From IMG/VR virus record IMGVR_UViG_3300024999_000042: a DNA stretch of 64,000 bases; one strand, given 5' to 3'. Source of the stretch: a virus. Below the pieces are notes generated by a model. It was given only the letters and a program-made list of their open reading frames with translations. It had not been told where the DNA came from and ran no database searches. A program made the position numbers and the translations under genes. Below, one piece after another: positions 9,875 through 19,821 of the stretch (position 1 is the stretch's first letter; each line of letters starts with the position of its first letter).

Positions 9875-10252
9875 ATGAGTTTATTAATAAAAGAAGACAC
9901 GGAAAATATCTTAGGAAGAAAATATAATGTTGAATATAAAGTAAATAATGATTCAATACATACATTTTCTAATGTCTTAACTAATGTAGATGGCACCTAT
10001 TTTTGGTTTAGTAGTTTAGAGGATGGGTTAGATATTATTCGCCAAGATAGAATTGTGACTATGATTTGTTTAGAAAGAAATAAGAAATTAAATAATATGT
10101 CAAATGATGCCCTTTGCCATTCAAATAGAGAAATATACTGTGAAATATGTGGATGCCAAACAGATAGAAGTAATAGTTGTTTTACAAATGGTAAAGAAGT
10201 ATTTTACTGCTATGATTGTAATTATTACAATGAGACGAATAACAAGAAATAA
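9875..10252 (+). CDS. hypothetical protein with C-terminal zinc ribbon
   Basis: CEICG...CYDC. Confidence 0.6.
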   Translation: MSLLIKEDTENILGRKYNVEYKVNNDSIHTFSNVLTNVDGTYFWFSSLEDGLDIIRQDRIVTMICLERNKKLNNMSNDALCHSNREIYCEICGCQTDRSNSCFTNGKEVFYCYDCNYYNETNNKK

Positions 10253-10272
10253 TGATTTGCTAGGAAAGGGAG

Positions 10273-10482
10273 TTGATTCAAATAGATCAAATGGAACAAA
10301 TATTAAAAGATATAGATAAACTTGATAAAAAGTTTGCTAAATTAAATCAAGATAGAAAAATGTTAATGACTGCACTTCAAGCAGTATGTCCTCATAGTGA
10401 GTTTGCAGAGTATACCGATCACGACTATCCAAATGTGTATAGAGTTAGATATTGTAAACTGTGTAAAAAGGATTTAATTTAA
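10273..10482 (+). CDS. hypothetical protein (coiled coil + CPH...CxxC)
   Basis: ORF track, RBS. Confidence 0.6.
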   Translation: MIQIDQMEQILKDIDKLDKKFAKLNQDRKMLMTALQAVCPHSEFAEYTDHDYPNVYRVRYCKLCKKDLI

Positions 10483-10525
10483 ATGATAAATTTTAATTGA
10501 TTTATGAAAGAATGGAGAGAAATTT

Positions 10526-10732
10526 ATGTTACAATTTCAAATTAATCTATGTCGAAGAGATGAACAGTTTTGTGCTCCAACTATATTAGTCACAGATGAT
10601 AATAATAATAGAAGATACCCTATTATTCTTCCAAATAACTTGACTGTAGAAAAAGCTATGGCATGGTTAAATAGTGTTATTCCTATTATGAGTAAACATG
10701 AAACGATAGAGTCTTTATCCGAATTCTTTTAA
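10526..10732 (+). CDS. hypothetical protein
   Basis: ORF track, RBS GGAG. Confidence 0.55.
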   Translation: MLQFQINLCRRDEQFCAPTILVTDDNNNRRYPIILPNNLTVEKAMAWLNSVIPIMSKHETIESLSEFF

Positions 10733-10838
10733 GAAAGGAGCGAATCAAATGCTATATATAATCAAACTATGGTTAATTACAAGTGGATTAATGTGTTAGA
10801 AGAAATATAATTTATTAGAATATAAAGGAGAAAACAAA

Positions 10839-11030
10839 ATGAAATACAAATATCTCTCAGGAAGAAGCATAATCCCAGATGGAATCAAATCACCTAAATT
10901 AACTTGCCATGAATGTAATAAACCACAATCAAGATCATATCGTACAGAATGTAATAAAAACATTTGTTATTCCTGTAAGGTAAAAGATGAGAATGGTTCA
11001 TTAGAATCAGAATTAAAGGAGAAAAACTAA
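10839..11030 (+). CDS. zinc-finger hypothetical protein
   Basis: CHEC...CYSC. Confidence 0.55.
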   Translation: MKYKYLSGRSIIPDGIKSPKLTCHECNKPQSRSYRTECNKNICYSCKVKDENGSLESELKEKN

Positions 11031-11222
11031 TTGGACATTCTATTATACAACTCAAAGAATGAAATACTAACCGCATACACCTCAAACACTCCTAATTATG
11101 AACTCAATAATCAAATCACTATCAAAGATAAAAATAAAAATTATAAAGTTGTTGACATCCACAAATATCATGTTATGGGCAGAGAACAACATATTGCATT
11201 GGAATTAAAAATTGTAAAATAA
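11031..11222 (+). CDS. hypothetical protein
   Basis: RBS AAGGAG, TTG start. Confidence 0.5.
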   Translation: MDILLYNSKNEILTAYTSNTPNYELNNQITIKDKNKNYKVVDIHKYHVMGREQHIALELKIVK

Positions 11223-11256
11223 ATATTCATAAATCATATAATAAATATGAGAGAAG

Positions 11257-11457
11257 GTGAATATCATGGATAAGGATGCTAAAGTTTTATGTACTGATTG
11301 TATTAATTGGAATGATTTAAAAGAAAAATTAGAATCATATTTTGGTTGTAATACTGCACTTTGTTCTAAATGTAAATGTTTTAATTGTGATTGTATTTAC
11401 CCAGAAACTAGTAAGACACTTGACATTAGATCAAAATTCATACTAAAAGAGAGTTGA
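11257..11457 (+). CDS. Cys-rich hypothetical protein
   Basis: Multiple Cys. Confidence 0.55.
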   Translation: MNIMDKDAKVLCTDCINWNDLKEKLESYFGCNTALCSKCKCFNCDCIYPETSKTLDIRSKFILKES

Positions 11458-11624
11458 TATCAATATGAATCAAAATTGCAATCTTATTAAATGTATTCAT
11501 AATATGAGTAATTCTATTGCATTATGTTTAGGTGTTTCTAAATTAGAATATGGTTATATGAATACATGTTGGTTGCAGAGTGGAGTAAAATATGGAAGTT
11601 TAGATTGTTTGAAATATAAGGAAT

Positions 11625-11671
11625 TTAGAGTGAAATAAGGATTATATTTACTACGTCTTATTTCACTCTAA
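11625..11671. terminator. 15-bp perfect inverted repeat, probable terminator
   Basis: TTAGAGTGAAATAAG ... CTTATTTCACTCTAA. Confidence 0.55.
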
Positions 11672-11997
11672 CTAAATTAATGAAATAAAATTTAAAGGAG
11701 TATGATTAATATGACTAAAAACAATGCAAATGAATTAGAAGCAAAACATTATGACAAAATGATGGAATTTTTTATTACAACCTTTGAAGGTAAAGATTTT
11801 AGTGAGTGTGACATTATCCTTAGACAAACTATCAAAGTAGCCTATGAACTATTAAACGAGCCTGACTTATTGAAGTAGAAATGCTCTATGAGCGACAGAA
11901 TGGTCTGTAGAATTGATTTGAATTTTGTTAGGGTAGAATTGTGTCAAGGATTGATTTGTGAAGGCTTAGAGAAGCAAAATTAGAGGAGGAATACATA

Positions 11998-12210
11998 ATG
12001 TTAGTAAAAATTAATGATGTAATTTATGATTCTACTCAAGTTCCTATATTGTTAATATTTGATGCAAAAGAAATTAATGATATGCAAAATTTAGCAGACA
12101 ATAATCATAAATATTGTTCTTTCCCTGATAAATTTGAGGAAAAAGATATTGAGGAATTTATGAGAACTGATGAAGTAGAAATTGAGATTACTGGTTTTGT
12201 AAGATATTGA
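11998..12210 (+). CDS. hypothetical phage protein
   Basis: RBS GAGGAGG. Confidence 0.65.
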   Translation: MLVKINDVIYDSTQVPILLIFDAKEINDMQNLADNNHKYCSFPDKFEEKDIEEFMRTDEVEIEITGFVRY

Positions 12211-12249
12211 GTGCGGAACAAATACTAAATACATAAATAATTATTTAAT

Positions 12250-12278
12250 TTGACTTAGTTTGTGGATTAATATATAAT
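12250..12278 (+). promoter_or_regulatory. sigma-A-type promoter for the thyA/DHFR operon
   Basis: TTGACT-N17-TATAAT. Confidence 0.7.
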
Positions 12279-12290
12279 ATTTATTATAAG

Positions 12291-12818
12291 GTGGTGAAAA
12301 TTATGGCAAAAGGAAAATCATTACTTAGCCAAACATCAAGCAAGTCTAAAAAACAAGATAAATATAAAGAAACTAGTGAACAATCTAAATTTAAATATTC
12401 TTTTGAAATTGGAGAAAATATAATCTATAAGGGTATTATAGATGAATATCGAAATACCATTGCTATCATTACAAAAAGGAGTCATAAAAACCAAAACGAA
12501 TATTATGGTATTAAATTTTCGTTGGATGATTCTGAATTAAAAGATATTAATGGCAATATCTTAAAAAACTTAGAAGAACATGAAGCAGAATTAGCAAATG
12601 AAGAAGAGTATAGAGGAAATAAAGATCAAGAATATAATCAGGAGGAAATTTCTGAGATTGAGATGGAGGTATTAAAAAACGGATTCAAATCAATTGATAA
12701 TAAAACAACCTGCATGAATCCTCTATTGTTTTATGAAAGACGATGTGAACAATGCAATAGCTTTAAAAATGTATGTGTTTATAGGAATAAAGGAAAGTAT
12801 GAAAAGATTAAATTTTAA
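12291..12818 (+). CDS. hypothetical protein
   Basis: ORF track; C-terminal Cys cluster. Confidence 0.65.
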   Translation: MVKIMAKGKSLLSQTSSKSKKQDKYKETSEQSKFKYSFEIGENIIYKGIIDEYRNTIAIITKRSHKNQNEYYGIKFSLDDSELKDINGNILKNLEEHEAELANEEEYRGNKDQEYNQEEISEIEMEVLKNGFKSIDNKTTCMNPLLFYERRCEQCNSFKNVCVYRNKGKYEKIKF

Positions 12819-12837
12819 TTAAGAGAGGAAGATTATT

Positions 12838-13668
12838 ATGAGCAAGGCAGATATAGTTTTTATTACAATGTGTAAAGATATACTTAAAAATGGATTTTCT
12901 TCTGAAAATGAACAGGTAAGACCAAAATGGGAGGATGGAACTCCAGCACATACAATTAAGAAGTTTGGTATAATTAACAGATATAATCTTGCAGAAGAAT
13001 TTCCAATTATGACATTAAGACCAACAAATTTAAAATCTACAATTGACGAACTATTATGGATTTGGCAAAAAAAATCTAATAATGTTAATGATTTAAATAG
13101 TAATATTTGGAATAGTTGGACAGATGAAAATGGAACGATAGGCAAAGCATACGGATATCAACTAGGAGTTAAACATCAATATAAGGAAGGTAAATTCGAT
13201 CAAGTTGATAGAGTGTTATATGACTTAAAAAATAATCCATATAGCAGAAGAATCATTACCAATATGTATAATCATGAAGATTTACATGAAATGGGTCTAT
13301 ATCCTTGTGCTTACGGTATGACATTCAATGTTGTTGATAATAAACTTAATGCAATATTGAATCAACGTTCACAGGATATTTTAGTAGCAAATAATTGGAA
13401 TGTATGCCAATATGCAATTCTTGTACATATGTTTGCGCAGGTTAGTAATTTACAAGCTGGAGAATTTGTACACGCAATTGCTGATGCCCATATTTATGAT
13501 AGACATATTCCTTTAATCAAAGAATTAATTCAAAGAACTCAATATCCAACGCCAAAATTACTAATTAACCCAGATATAAAAGATTTTTATGACTTTAAAG
13601 TTGAAGATTTTGTATTAGAAAACTATCAAAGCAATCTACAAATTAAAAATATTCCTGTTGCAATATAG
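12838..13668 (+). CDS. thyA: thymidylate synthase
   Basis: ELLW, YGYQ, SRRII, MGLYPCAY, NQRSQD, DAHIY. Confidence 0.96.
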   Translation: MSKADIVFITMCKDILKNGFSSENEQVRPKWEDGTPAHTIKKFGIINRYNLAEEFPIMTLRPTNLKSTIDELLWIWQKKSNNVNDLNSNIWNSWTDENGTIGKAYGYQLGVKHQYKEGKFDQVDRVLYDLKNNPYSRRIITNMYNHEDLHEMGLYPCAYGMTFNVVDNKLNAILNQRSQDILVANNWNVCQYAILVHMFAQVSNLQAGEFVHAIADAHIYDRHIPLIKELIQRTQYPTPKLLINPDIKDFYDFKVEDFVLENYQSNLQIKNIPVAI

Positions 13669-13678
13669 GGGGTGTTAA

Positions 13679-14170
13679 ATGAAAATTATTGTTGCAGTTG
13701 ATTCAAATTGGGGAATTGGGAATAAAGGAAATTTGTTATTTTGGATTCCAGAAGATATGAAATTATTTAAACAAATTACTTTAGGTAAAGTCGTTGTCAT
13801 GGGGAGAGAAACGTTCGAATCATTACCAAATAAAGAACCTTTGAAGGACAGAGTTAATATTGTACTAAGTAAGAATATTAGTTTCTTTAATGATAAAATT
13901 AATATTTGTAGGTCTTTAAATGAACTATTTATTGAATTAGACAAGTATGATTCAGATGATGTTTTTATTATAGGTGGAGAATCAATATATTTTCAACTTT
14001 TAGATTTTTGTAATGAAGCGTATGTAACTAAAATTGAAAAAGAATGTGTTGATGTAGATAAGTATTTTGTTGATTTAGATGAATATGAAAAATGGAGAAT
14101 GGTATCTATTAGTGAAAACAAAAACTTTGAAGATGTTGAATATAGATTTGTAAAATATATTAAAAAGTAA
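13679..14170 (+). CDS. folA: dihydrofolate reductase
   Basis: IVAVD..WGIG, VVMGRETFESL, PLKDRVNIVLS, IIGGESIY. Confidence 0.95.
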   Translation: MKIIVAVDSNWGIGNKGNLLFWIPEDMKLFKQITLGKVVVMGRETFESLPNKEPLKDRVNIVLSKNISFFNDKINICRSLNELFIELDKYDSDDVFIIGGESIYFQLLDFCNEAYVTKIEKECVDVDKYFVDLDEYEKWRMVSISENKNFEDVEYRFVKYIKK

Positions 14171-14183
14171 GGAGAGAAATAAT

Positions 14184-14573
14184 ATGACAAATAATAATTC
14201 TTTAGATGGGAAAATGCAAGACGGAGGAGATAGAATTACATTTGGTAAAAATGCTGCACAAAGAGAACCTGCTACTGGAAAAGGTAGACCAGATTTAATT
14301 ACTCCATTTGCACTTACAAGAATAGCTAAATGGTATGAATTAGGAGCTAATAAATATGGAGATAGGAATTATGAAAAAGGAATGCCATTTTCAAGATATA
14401 CAGCTTCAATGTTTAGACATGTCATTGCTTGGATGAAAGGTGATGAAACAGAAGATCACTTATCTGCTATTTCATGGAATGCTTTTGCTATTATGCATCA
14501 TCAAGAATTGAATGAATTAAATTGGGATGATATGCCACATTATTTAAGTAAAAAGGAGGATACCAATGCCTAA
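14184..14573 (+). CDS. dATP/dGTP diphosphohydrolase-domain protein (DUF5664-like)
   Basis: GKGRPDLI, GANKYGDRNYEKG, RH...EDHL..WN. Confidence 0.85.
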   Translation: MTNNNSLDGKMQDGGDRITFGKNAAQREPATGKGRPDLITPFALTRIAKWYELGANKYGDRNYEKGMPFSRYTASMFRHVIAWMKGDETEDHLSAISWNAFAIMHHQELNELNWDDMPHYLSKKEDTNA

Positions 14574-15141
14574 AATCAAGTTGTTTTTGGATTGTGACAA
14601 TACCATCACAAATTCAACTAGAAGTTTCTGCACTTCTTATAATTTCATATATGAATATCATAAAGATTTTACTCCTGCTAATTGGGAACTGGTTGATACA
14701 TGGAATTTTAGTAATCAATGTCCTATCCTCAAATCTGAATCAGATGTCTTAGATATATTTGAAAATCCACTATTTTTCGATTGTCTTGAATTAATAAATG
14801 ACAATACATTTGAGATATTAAAAGAATTAAATGAAAAATATCAGATAATTATTGCATCAATTGGAACTCCAATTAATTTATCATTAAAAGCACTATACCT
14901 GCAAGAAACTTTACCATTTATTAAGGATTATATTCTCATGTATAATAATGGCATTAAAATGAACAAAGAAATAATCCAAATGAATTATCCTGATTCTATT
15001 TTTATTGATGACCATGTATCAAATTTAATTTCTAGCAATGCTGTAAATAAATATGTGTTTGGTAAAGATTATCCATGGAGTAAAACAAATGATTACAAGA
15101 GATTGTGGAATTGGACAGATGTAGCAAAAGAATTGTTGTAA
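14566..15141 (+). CDS. HAD-family 5'(3')-deoxyribonucleotidase-like protein
   Basis: LFLDCDNT motif I, IFIDD motif IV, RLWNW tail. Confidence 0.8.
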   Translation: MPKIKLFLDCDNTITNSTRSFCTSYNFIYEYHKDFTPANWELVDTWNFSNQCPILKSESDVLDIFENPLFFDCLELINDNTFEILKELNEKYQIIIASIGTPINLSLKALYLQETLPFIKDYILMYNNGIKMNKEIIQMNYPDSIFIDDHVSNLISSNAVNKYVFGKDYPWSKTNDYKRLWNWTDVAKELL

Positions 15142-15158
15142 AAATAAAGGAGAAATAA

Positions 15159-15579
15159 ATGAAGGAAGATTATAAGGAAATACATAAAATGTGTAACATG
15201 TGCGATAGGGCAAAGAGTAGTTCTTGTAACTTCCCATGCAATGATTATGCAGATTATATGTATAATCAATCATTAAAAAATAATATTGGCGAATCAGAAA
15301 GCAATAATGATAATGATGGTAATGATATTGAAAATTTCTTAGAATATGATGTTTCAAATGACATATGGATTAAGTTTATTAATAAAGAAATACCCATCAT
15401 AGAAATACTGGATGAAAATTCATTTTATGACTATCTTGAAACGGAAAATGAAAAATATTGCAAACAAGAAGGAATTTGTCCTGAGTGTAGAGGAAATCTT
15501 GTTTTAAAGGTGGAATACGAGGAGATATGGGGATCAAAAAGAGAATCAGAAAGATATTTAGTTTGTGAGAATGGATGTT

Positions 15580-15581
<2 letters not shown>
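15159..15581 (+). CDS. hypothetical protein with C-terminal zinc ribbon
   Basis: CPEC...CENGC. Confidence 0.6.
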
Positions 15582-15625
<44 letters not shown>

Positions 15626-15710
15626 ACAATGAAAGAAGGAACAATAAATGGCAAAGATTAAACAATTCAAATGAAAAAATACCACTAATACTAACAATAT
15701 CAAATATCAG

Positions 15711-16019
15711 GTGAGATTTGGAATCCAATTAAATAATAATGAAGATGAATCAGGAATTTTTGCAAAATCTGAATATTATTCATCACTTGAAAAAGCGAAA
15801 GCTGAAGTAATGAATATATTTAATGACGATATTAAATATATGTTTCCTGATGCTACACATAATGGATTATTTATGACAAAAGATATGAAATGCGAGTGTT
15901 GTGGTGAAAATGTCAGTTCTGTAAAATATAGTGATAGTGGGAAATTGCTGTTTGGTAGAATGGATGGATTATTGGGCAATGGTCAAGGAGAATTCTTTAT
16001 TGATATTGTAGAGGGTTGA
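15711..16019 (+). CDS. hypothetical protein
   Basis: ORF track; start uncertain. Confidence 0.55.
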   Translation: MRFGIQLNNNEDESGIFAKSEYYSSLEKAKAEVMNIFNDDIKYMFPDATHNGLFMTKDMKCECCGENVSSVKYSDSGKLLFGRMDGLLGNGQGEFFIDIVEG

Positions 16020-16123
16020 TATTAATTAATAAATCTAATAATTATTATGATTCATAATCCTATTCTCTCTAACAACTCTATTTTTAAAATTTTCTAAATT
16101 AGGTTCTAAATTATTCAAATATG

Positions 16124-16153
16124 AAGTTATTGCTATTTCTTTGGCAATAACTT
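16124..16153. terminator. terminator between convergent units
   Basis: AAGTTATTGC / GCAATAACTT stem. Confidence 0.6.
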
Positions 16154-16272
16154 TCATTCTTTCACTTACTTAAATTTCTGATGATTCAACTGAATCAATT
16201 AATTCTTGATATGAATCTTTACATTCTTGAAGTTCCCATGTTTTTTGTCTTTGCATTTTTAAACATATCCTT

Positions 16273-17040
16273 TCATGATTGATAATGATAATTAAAATAA
16301 GCACTTTCGCCTGAAACAAAATCTCTAAGAACTTTCTTAACAAAACCAAAAGGATTTTTAATATGGAATTTTGCATTAAAAAGTATTGAAAGCGCTTCCT
16401 TCAATTGGTCAGAATTTGCTTGTACCTCTCTCATTATACTAGTTATAGTCATTGCGAAACTAGAATCTGGGTCTATCCGAGAATCGCCAAGAGTTTTTAT
16501 GATAGACCAATCTTCTTCTTGATTCCAAAATTCTTCTTTTACTAATTCATATTTCTGAGAATCCATACATACAGAAAGAGTATTAATTGTATTAGTATTA
16601 TCTGTATAGATTCCTTCATTTTGAATATTTCCGATTCCTTCATTTTGACTTTTTTGAATTAAGTTATCCACAGATTTAGGTTTTCTCTCTTCTTTTCTAG
16701 GATTTGGTATTCCAATAATTTCATAAAATAAATCATAATCAATTCTATAAAATTTAACATGATGATTTTTAAAACTATTAAATTTTTTAGAAATAAGGAC
16801 TCCACATTTCTCTAATACATTTAATGCTCTTGTGATTGTTGATTCAGATTTTCCCAACTCTTCCATAAAGTTTTCATATGTTTTATAAACCCACCATTCA
16901 TTTTGTTTATACGTTGTCGAACTATCCATCCAATAATCTAATCTACTAAGTATTTCAGCAGGGACTTGACCAAATCTTTTAACAACAGATAATTGTACTA
17001 CTATACAGGCTTCTTCTGGGATCAATGTTTTAATACTCAT
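16273..17040 (-). CDS. replication initiator (winged-helix Rep)
   Basis: WVYKTY..ELGKSESTITRALNVLEKCGVL wHTH; internal 16-bp direct repeat and perfect DnaA box in the linker. Confidence 0.72.
   Translation of the reverse strand: MSIKTLIPEEACIVVQLSVVKRFGQVPAEILSRLDYWMDSSTTYKQNEWWVYKTYENFMEELGKSESTITRALNVLEKCGVLISKKFNSFKNHHVKFYRIDYDLFYEIIGIPNPRKEERKPKSVDNLIQKSQNEGIGNIQNEGIYTDNTNTINTLSVCMDSQKYELVKEEFWNQEEDWSIIKTLGDSRIDPDSSFAMTITSIMREVQANSDQLKEALSILFNAKFHIKNPFGFVKKVLRDFVSGESAYFNYHYQS
16609..16672. promoter_or_regulatory. iteron pair plus DnaA box inside rep
   Basis: GATTCCTTCATTTTGA x2 (24-bp period); TTATCCACA at 16664-16672. Confidence 0.6.
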
Positions 17041-17100
17041 AATAAAAACCTTCTTTCAGCATTTTGTCAAAAAAGACAATAGCAATGCTAAGAAGAGGTA

Positions 17101-17215
17101 TAGACTTTTTTCTAAAAACATAGTATACTAACATTAATAGAAAAATCATCTAGTCTTCTTGGGCCTCTTATGAAATGTTGAAGTTGGTCGCTCTGGCATT
17201 TCATAAGAGGTTTTT
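17101..17215 (+). ncRNA. putative countertranscript 1 antisense to the rep leader (span includes promoter)
   Basis: TAGACT-N17-TATACT; 14-bp stem 17164-17210 followed by T5. Confidence 0.55.
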
Positions 17216-17337
17216 GCATGTTCTTTTTTAAGTTATTAAGATACTTTGACTGATTATCCAATAAAAAAGTTAGTAGCATGTGTTTTCACAAACTACTAAC
17301 TTTTGACTTACTTCTAAATTACCCCTATACAAAACTA

Positions 17338-17458
17338 TTGCATTTTAATTTGTATTTGGTATAATCTTAATTAAGAAGTCTAAGCGTGTCGGTGAGAGGA
17401 CATTGCTAGATTAGAGACTACTTGGTTTTGCAAGAACTGAGTAGTCTTGATTTTTTTT
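17338..17458 (+). ncRNA. putative countertranscript 2 antisense to the rep leader (span includes promoter)
   Basis: TTGCAT-N16-TATAAT with TG extension; stem 17414-17448 and T8 tail. Confidence 0.55.
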
Positions 17459-17507
17459 ATTGGACTGATATTGTATATTCGACATGGTATGCCAAATCTC
17501 CTTTAAG

Positions 17508-17559
17508 TTATCAACATGTAGACAGATTTATTTTCCAGAGGTTATCCACATGTTGATAA
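17508..17559. promoter_or_regulatory. DnaA-box cluster, probable plasmid-type origin
   Basis: TTATCAACA 17508, TTATCCACA 17542, TGTTGATAA 17551. Confidence 0.7.
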
Positions 17560-17653
17560 ATGTTATAACTCATAAGACCCCAATAATAAAAGTGAAAAAA
17601 ATAAGCACTATCCAAAATCAAATGGATAGTGCTTTTACTATTTTAAAACTATT

Positions 17654-18472
17654 TTACCTTACATTAACTGGCAACCATATTTTCTCCTTAATCTCTAACC
17701 TCTCATTTTCCTTTTTCATCTCATTAATCCTATTATCACATTCTTCCCTTAATTCTTGCCTTAATGCTTTTAATTCCAATGTATAAGACTCTCTTAATTC
17801 ACTAATCTCTTTCAATCTATCCTGCTTTGATTCAACCAATTGCCCTTCTAAAAACACTGATTTATTCTCAGATTCCTTTAATTGAAGTTGTAAATATTTA
17901 TTAGAATCTTCTAATTCACCAATTGAAAATTCTAATTCATCTACAGACCCAATTCTTTTTCTTATCTCATCATTTTCTAATCTTAAGGTCTCTATTAAAT
18001 AATTTGAGTTATTGTGTCCGGCCTCTAACTCAATATTTCTTTTGGATAATTTATCTGCATTTTCTTCTGCTTCTTTTCTGAGTTTATCAGAATCCTTTTT
18101 GCTATTTTCAGCAATATCAATTCTTTCTCTTAGAGAATCTAAAGTTGTTTTAAAGTCATCGGTTAATGTTTGAACTGTTTCTTGATTGAATTTCTTTTGT
18201 TCTGCTCTATCCCTTGTAAGTTCCAAGAAACTTTGAACTATACGTTCAGTGTGCTCTTTTACTTTTAAAACTTCTGGCACAATTAATTCAGATATTCCAC
18301 CTGATTCTGCTTCCAATTGATCTTTCTTTAATCTTATTACATCAAGCAATAAGTCTTTTGATGTCAAACCTGTGCGATTTTGAAGTGATACCCATTCGTT
18401 TTTACCTTCATCATTATCTAAACGGATTGAAAGTGATGGAGATGTTTTTCTTGATTCTTCATTTTCATTCAT
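17654..18472 (-). CDS. coiled-coil DNA-binding protein (KfrA-like architecture)
   Basis: N-terminal SLSIRL beta/helix start then long heptad coiled coil; divergent from parM. Confidence 0.6.
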   Translation of the reverse strand: MNENEESRKTSPSLSIRLDNDEGKNEWVSLQNRTGLTSKDLLLDVIRLKKDQLEAESGGISELIVPEVLKVKEHTERIVQSFLELTRDRAEQKKFNQETVQTLTDDFKTTLDSLRERIDIAENSKKDSDKLRKEAEENADKLSKRNIELEAGHNNSNYLIETLRLENDEIRKRIGSVDELEFSIGELEDSNKYLQLQLKESENKSVFLEGQLVESKQDRLKEISELRESYTLELKALRQELREECDNRINEMKKENERLEIKEKIWLPVNVR

Positions 18473-18503
18473 GGTTATTACCTCCTTTGATATGGTTGAG
18501 ATA

Positions 18504-18571
18504 ATGTATACATTTTAGTGGGTAATAATGCTAAGTATACACATGTATACGTGCCAACATGATGTATACAT
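18504..18571. promoter_or_regulatory. four GTATAC palindromes, candidate operator
   Basis: ATGTATACAT 18504 and 18562; GTATAC 18535 and 18545. Confidence 0.55.
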
Positions 18572-18631
18572 TGATATTTGTATTGATTATATCAGGAGGA
18601 ATTGGATTAGACAAGTGAGTATGAAAAGTTG

Positions 18632-18660
18632 TTGTAAAGTATGGGGTAATGCGATATAAT
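18632..18660 (+). promoter_or_regulatory. sigma-A promoter of parM, overlapped by a centromere-like repeat
   Basis: TTGTAA-N17-TATAAT. Confidence 0.6.
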
Positions 18661-18720
18661 CTAGATAAATTTAAATACCACATACTATATAGTGGGGTAA
18701 AATATGAAGGAGGAATATTT

Positions 18721-19572
18721 ATGCCATTTCAAATCATTCCTGTAGATACTGGTCGCAATGAAACAAAACTACTTGATGGTATATCATTTAAGTCAATAGT
18801 TGGAGACTGGCATCACAGAGAAATGTCAGATGGTGGAGAATATGAAGTAATTATTAATGACAAAGAAAAGCATTTTGTAGGGCAACTTGCAGAAGATGAA
18901 TCTTTTGCTCCAACATCTATGAATACAGCATCAAAGATACACAATCAAACTCGTGTATTATTTATTACAGCCGTAGGATTATCTATTGTCGAGAACGAAT
19001 CTGATTTATTGATCGTGACTGGTGTTCCTATAATTGATTTTAATACCACAACTAAGAAAGCATTAGAAGATTTATTATATGGTGATTATGACATTCAAAT
19101 TAACGGAGAACGTAAAAAATTTAGTATTAATAATCTAAAATTAGTTCCTGAAGCAGTTGCTTCTTTTCAATATGCTTTATACAAAGATGAAAGTTTAGCA
19201 ATTGGTAAAAAGAGAATTCTTGACCTTGGTTCGCTCACTGTTAACTACGCCACTATAAAGGAAACTAAGTTTATAACCAGAGATAGTGGAACTGTCCAAT
19301 TCGGCAGTATTAAGCTGAAAGATAATCATATTGATGATAAGCAATATGTACAGAAAATCATCTCAGAGTTGAGTGAAAAATTTACGGATTACGAAGATTC
19401 AGATAGAATTTTATTAACTGGGGGAGGAGCTTTAAAATTTGGTGATTTATTTAAGCAATTTTACAAAAATGTTGAGATAATCACTAATCCAGTCTTTAGT
19501 AATACTAATGGCTACCATCGAATGGGGCTGAAAGCATGGGCAAATCAGTTGGCGAACTCACAGGCAGAGTAA
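18721..19572 (+). CDS. parM: ParM/StbA-family actin-like partition ATPase
   Basis: VDTGRNETK, VTGVP, VPEA, ILDLGSLTVN, LTGGGA; RBS AAGGAGG favours the 18721 start. Confidence 0.88.
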   Translation: MPFQIIPVDTGRNETKLLDGISFKSIVGDWHHREMSDGGEYEVIINDKEKHFVGQLAEDESFAPTSMNTASKIHNQTRVLFITAVGLSIVENESDLLIVTGVPIIDFNTTTKKALEDLLYGDYDIQINGERKKFSINNLKLVPEAVASFQYALYKDESLAIGKKRILDLGSLTVNYATIKETKFITRDSGTVQFGSIKLKDNHIDDKQYVQKIISELSEKFTDYEDSDRILLTGGGALKFGDLFKQFYKNVEIITNPVFSNTNGYHRMGLKAWANQLANSQAE

Positions 19573-19787
19573 AGAGAAAAGGTGTTTATTTTAATCTTGA
19601 TGATGAAGATGAATTATTACTTTACAAAAAAGCAAATGAGATTAGAAATTTTAGCAAATGGGTTAAAAAGCAATTGATTAATGATGGGGTTGTAATTAAG
19701 GAGGGGATAAAAGAGACTGTAGTAGAACATATTAAGGTTGAAAGAAGGAGGATAGAAAAGGATGAACTTGAAGATATAATGCTTTAA
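19536..19787 (+). CDS. ParR-like ribbon-helix-helix adaptor
   Basis: RKGVYFNLDDEDE...NFSKWVKKQL; overlaps parM end. Confidence 0.72.
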   Translation: MGKSVGELTGRVKRKGVYFNLDDEDELLLYKKANEIRNFSKWVKKQLINDGVVIKEGIKETVVEHIKVERRRIEKDELEDIML

Positions 19788-19821
19788 GATGCAACTGTAA
19801 TGGTTGTGTCTTCTTTTTTTT
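19786..19821 (+). terminator. terminator after parMR
   Basis: AAGATGCAAC/GTTGTGTCTT stem plus T-run. Confidence 0.65.

Noticed and set aside
14184-14573. Z-genome (2-aminoadenine) pathway
   Set aside because: No PurZ or HD-family dATPase visible in the window
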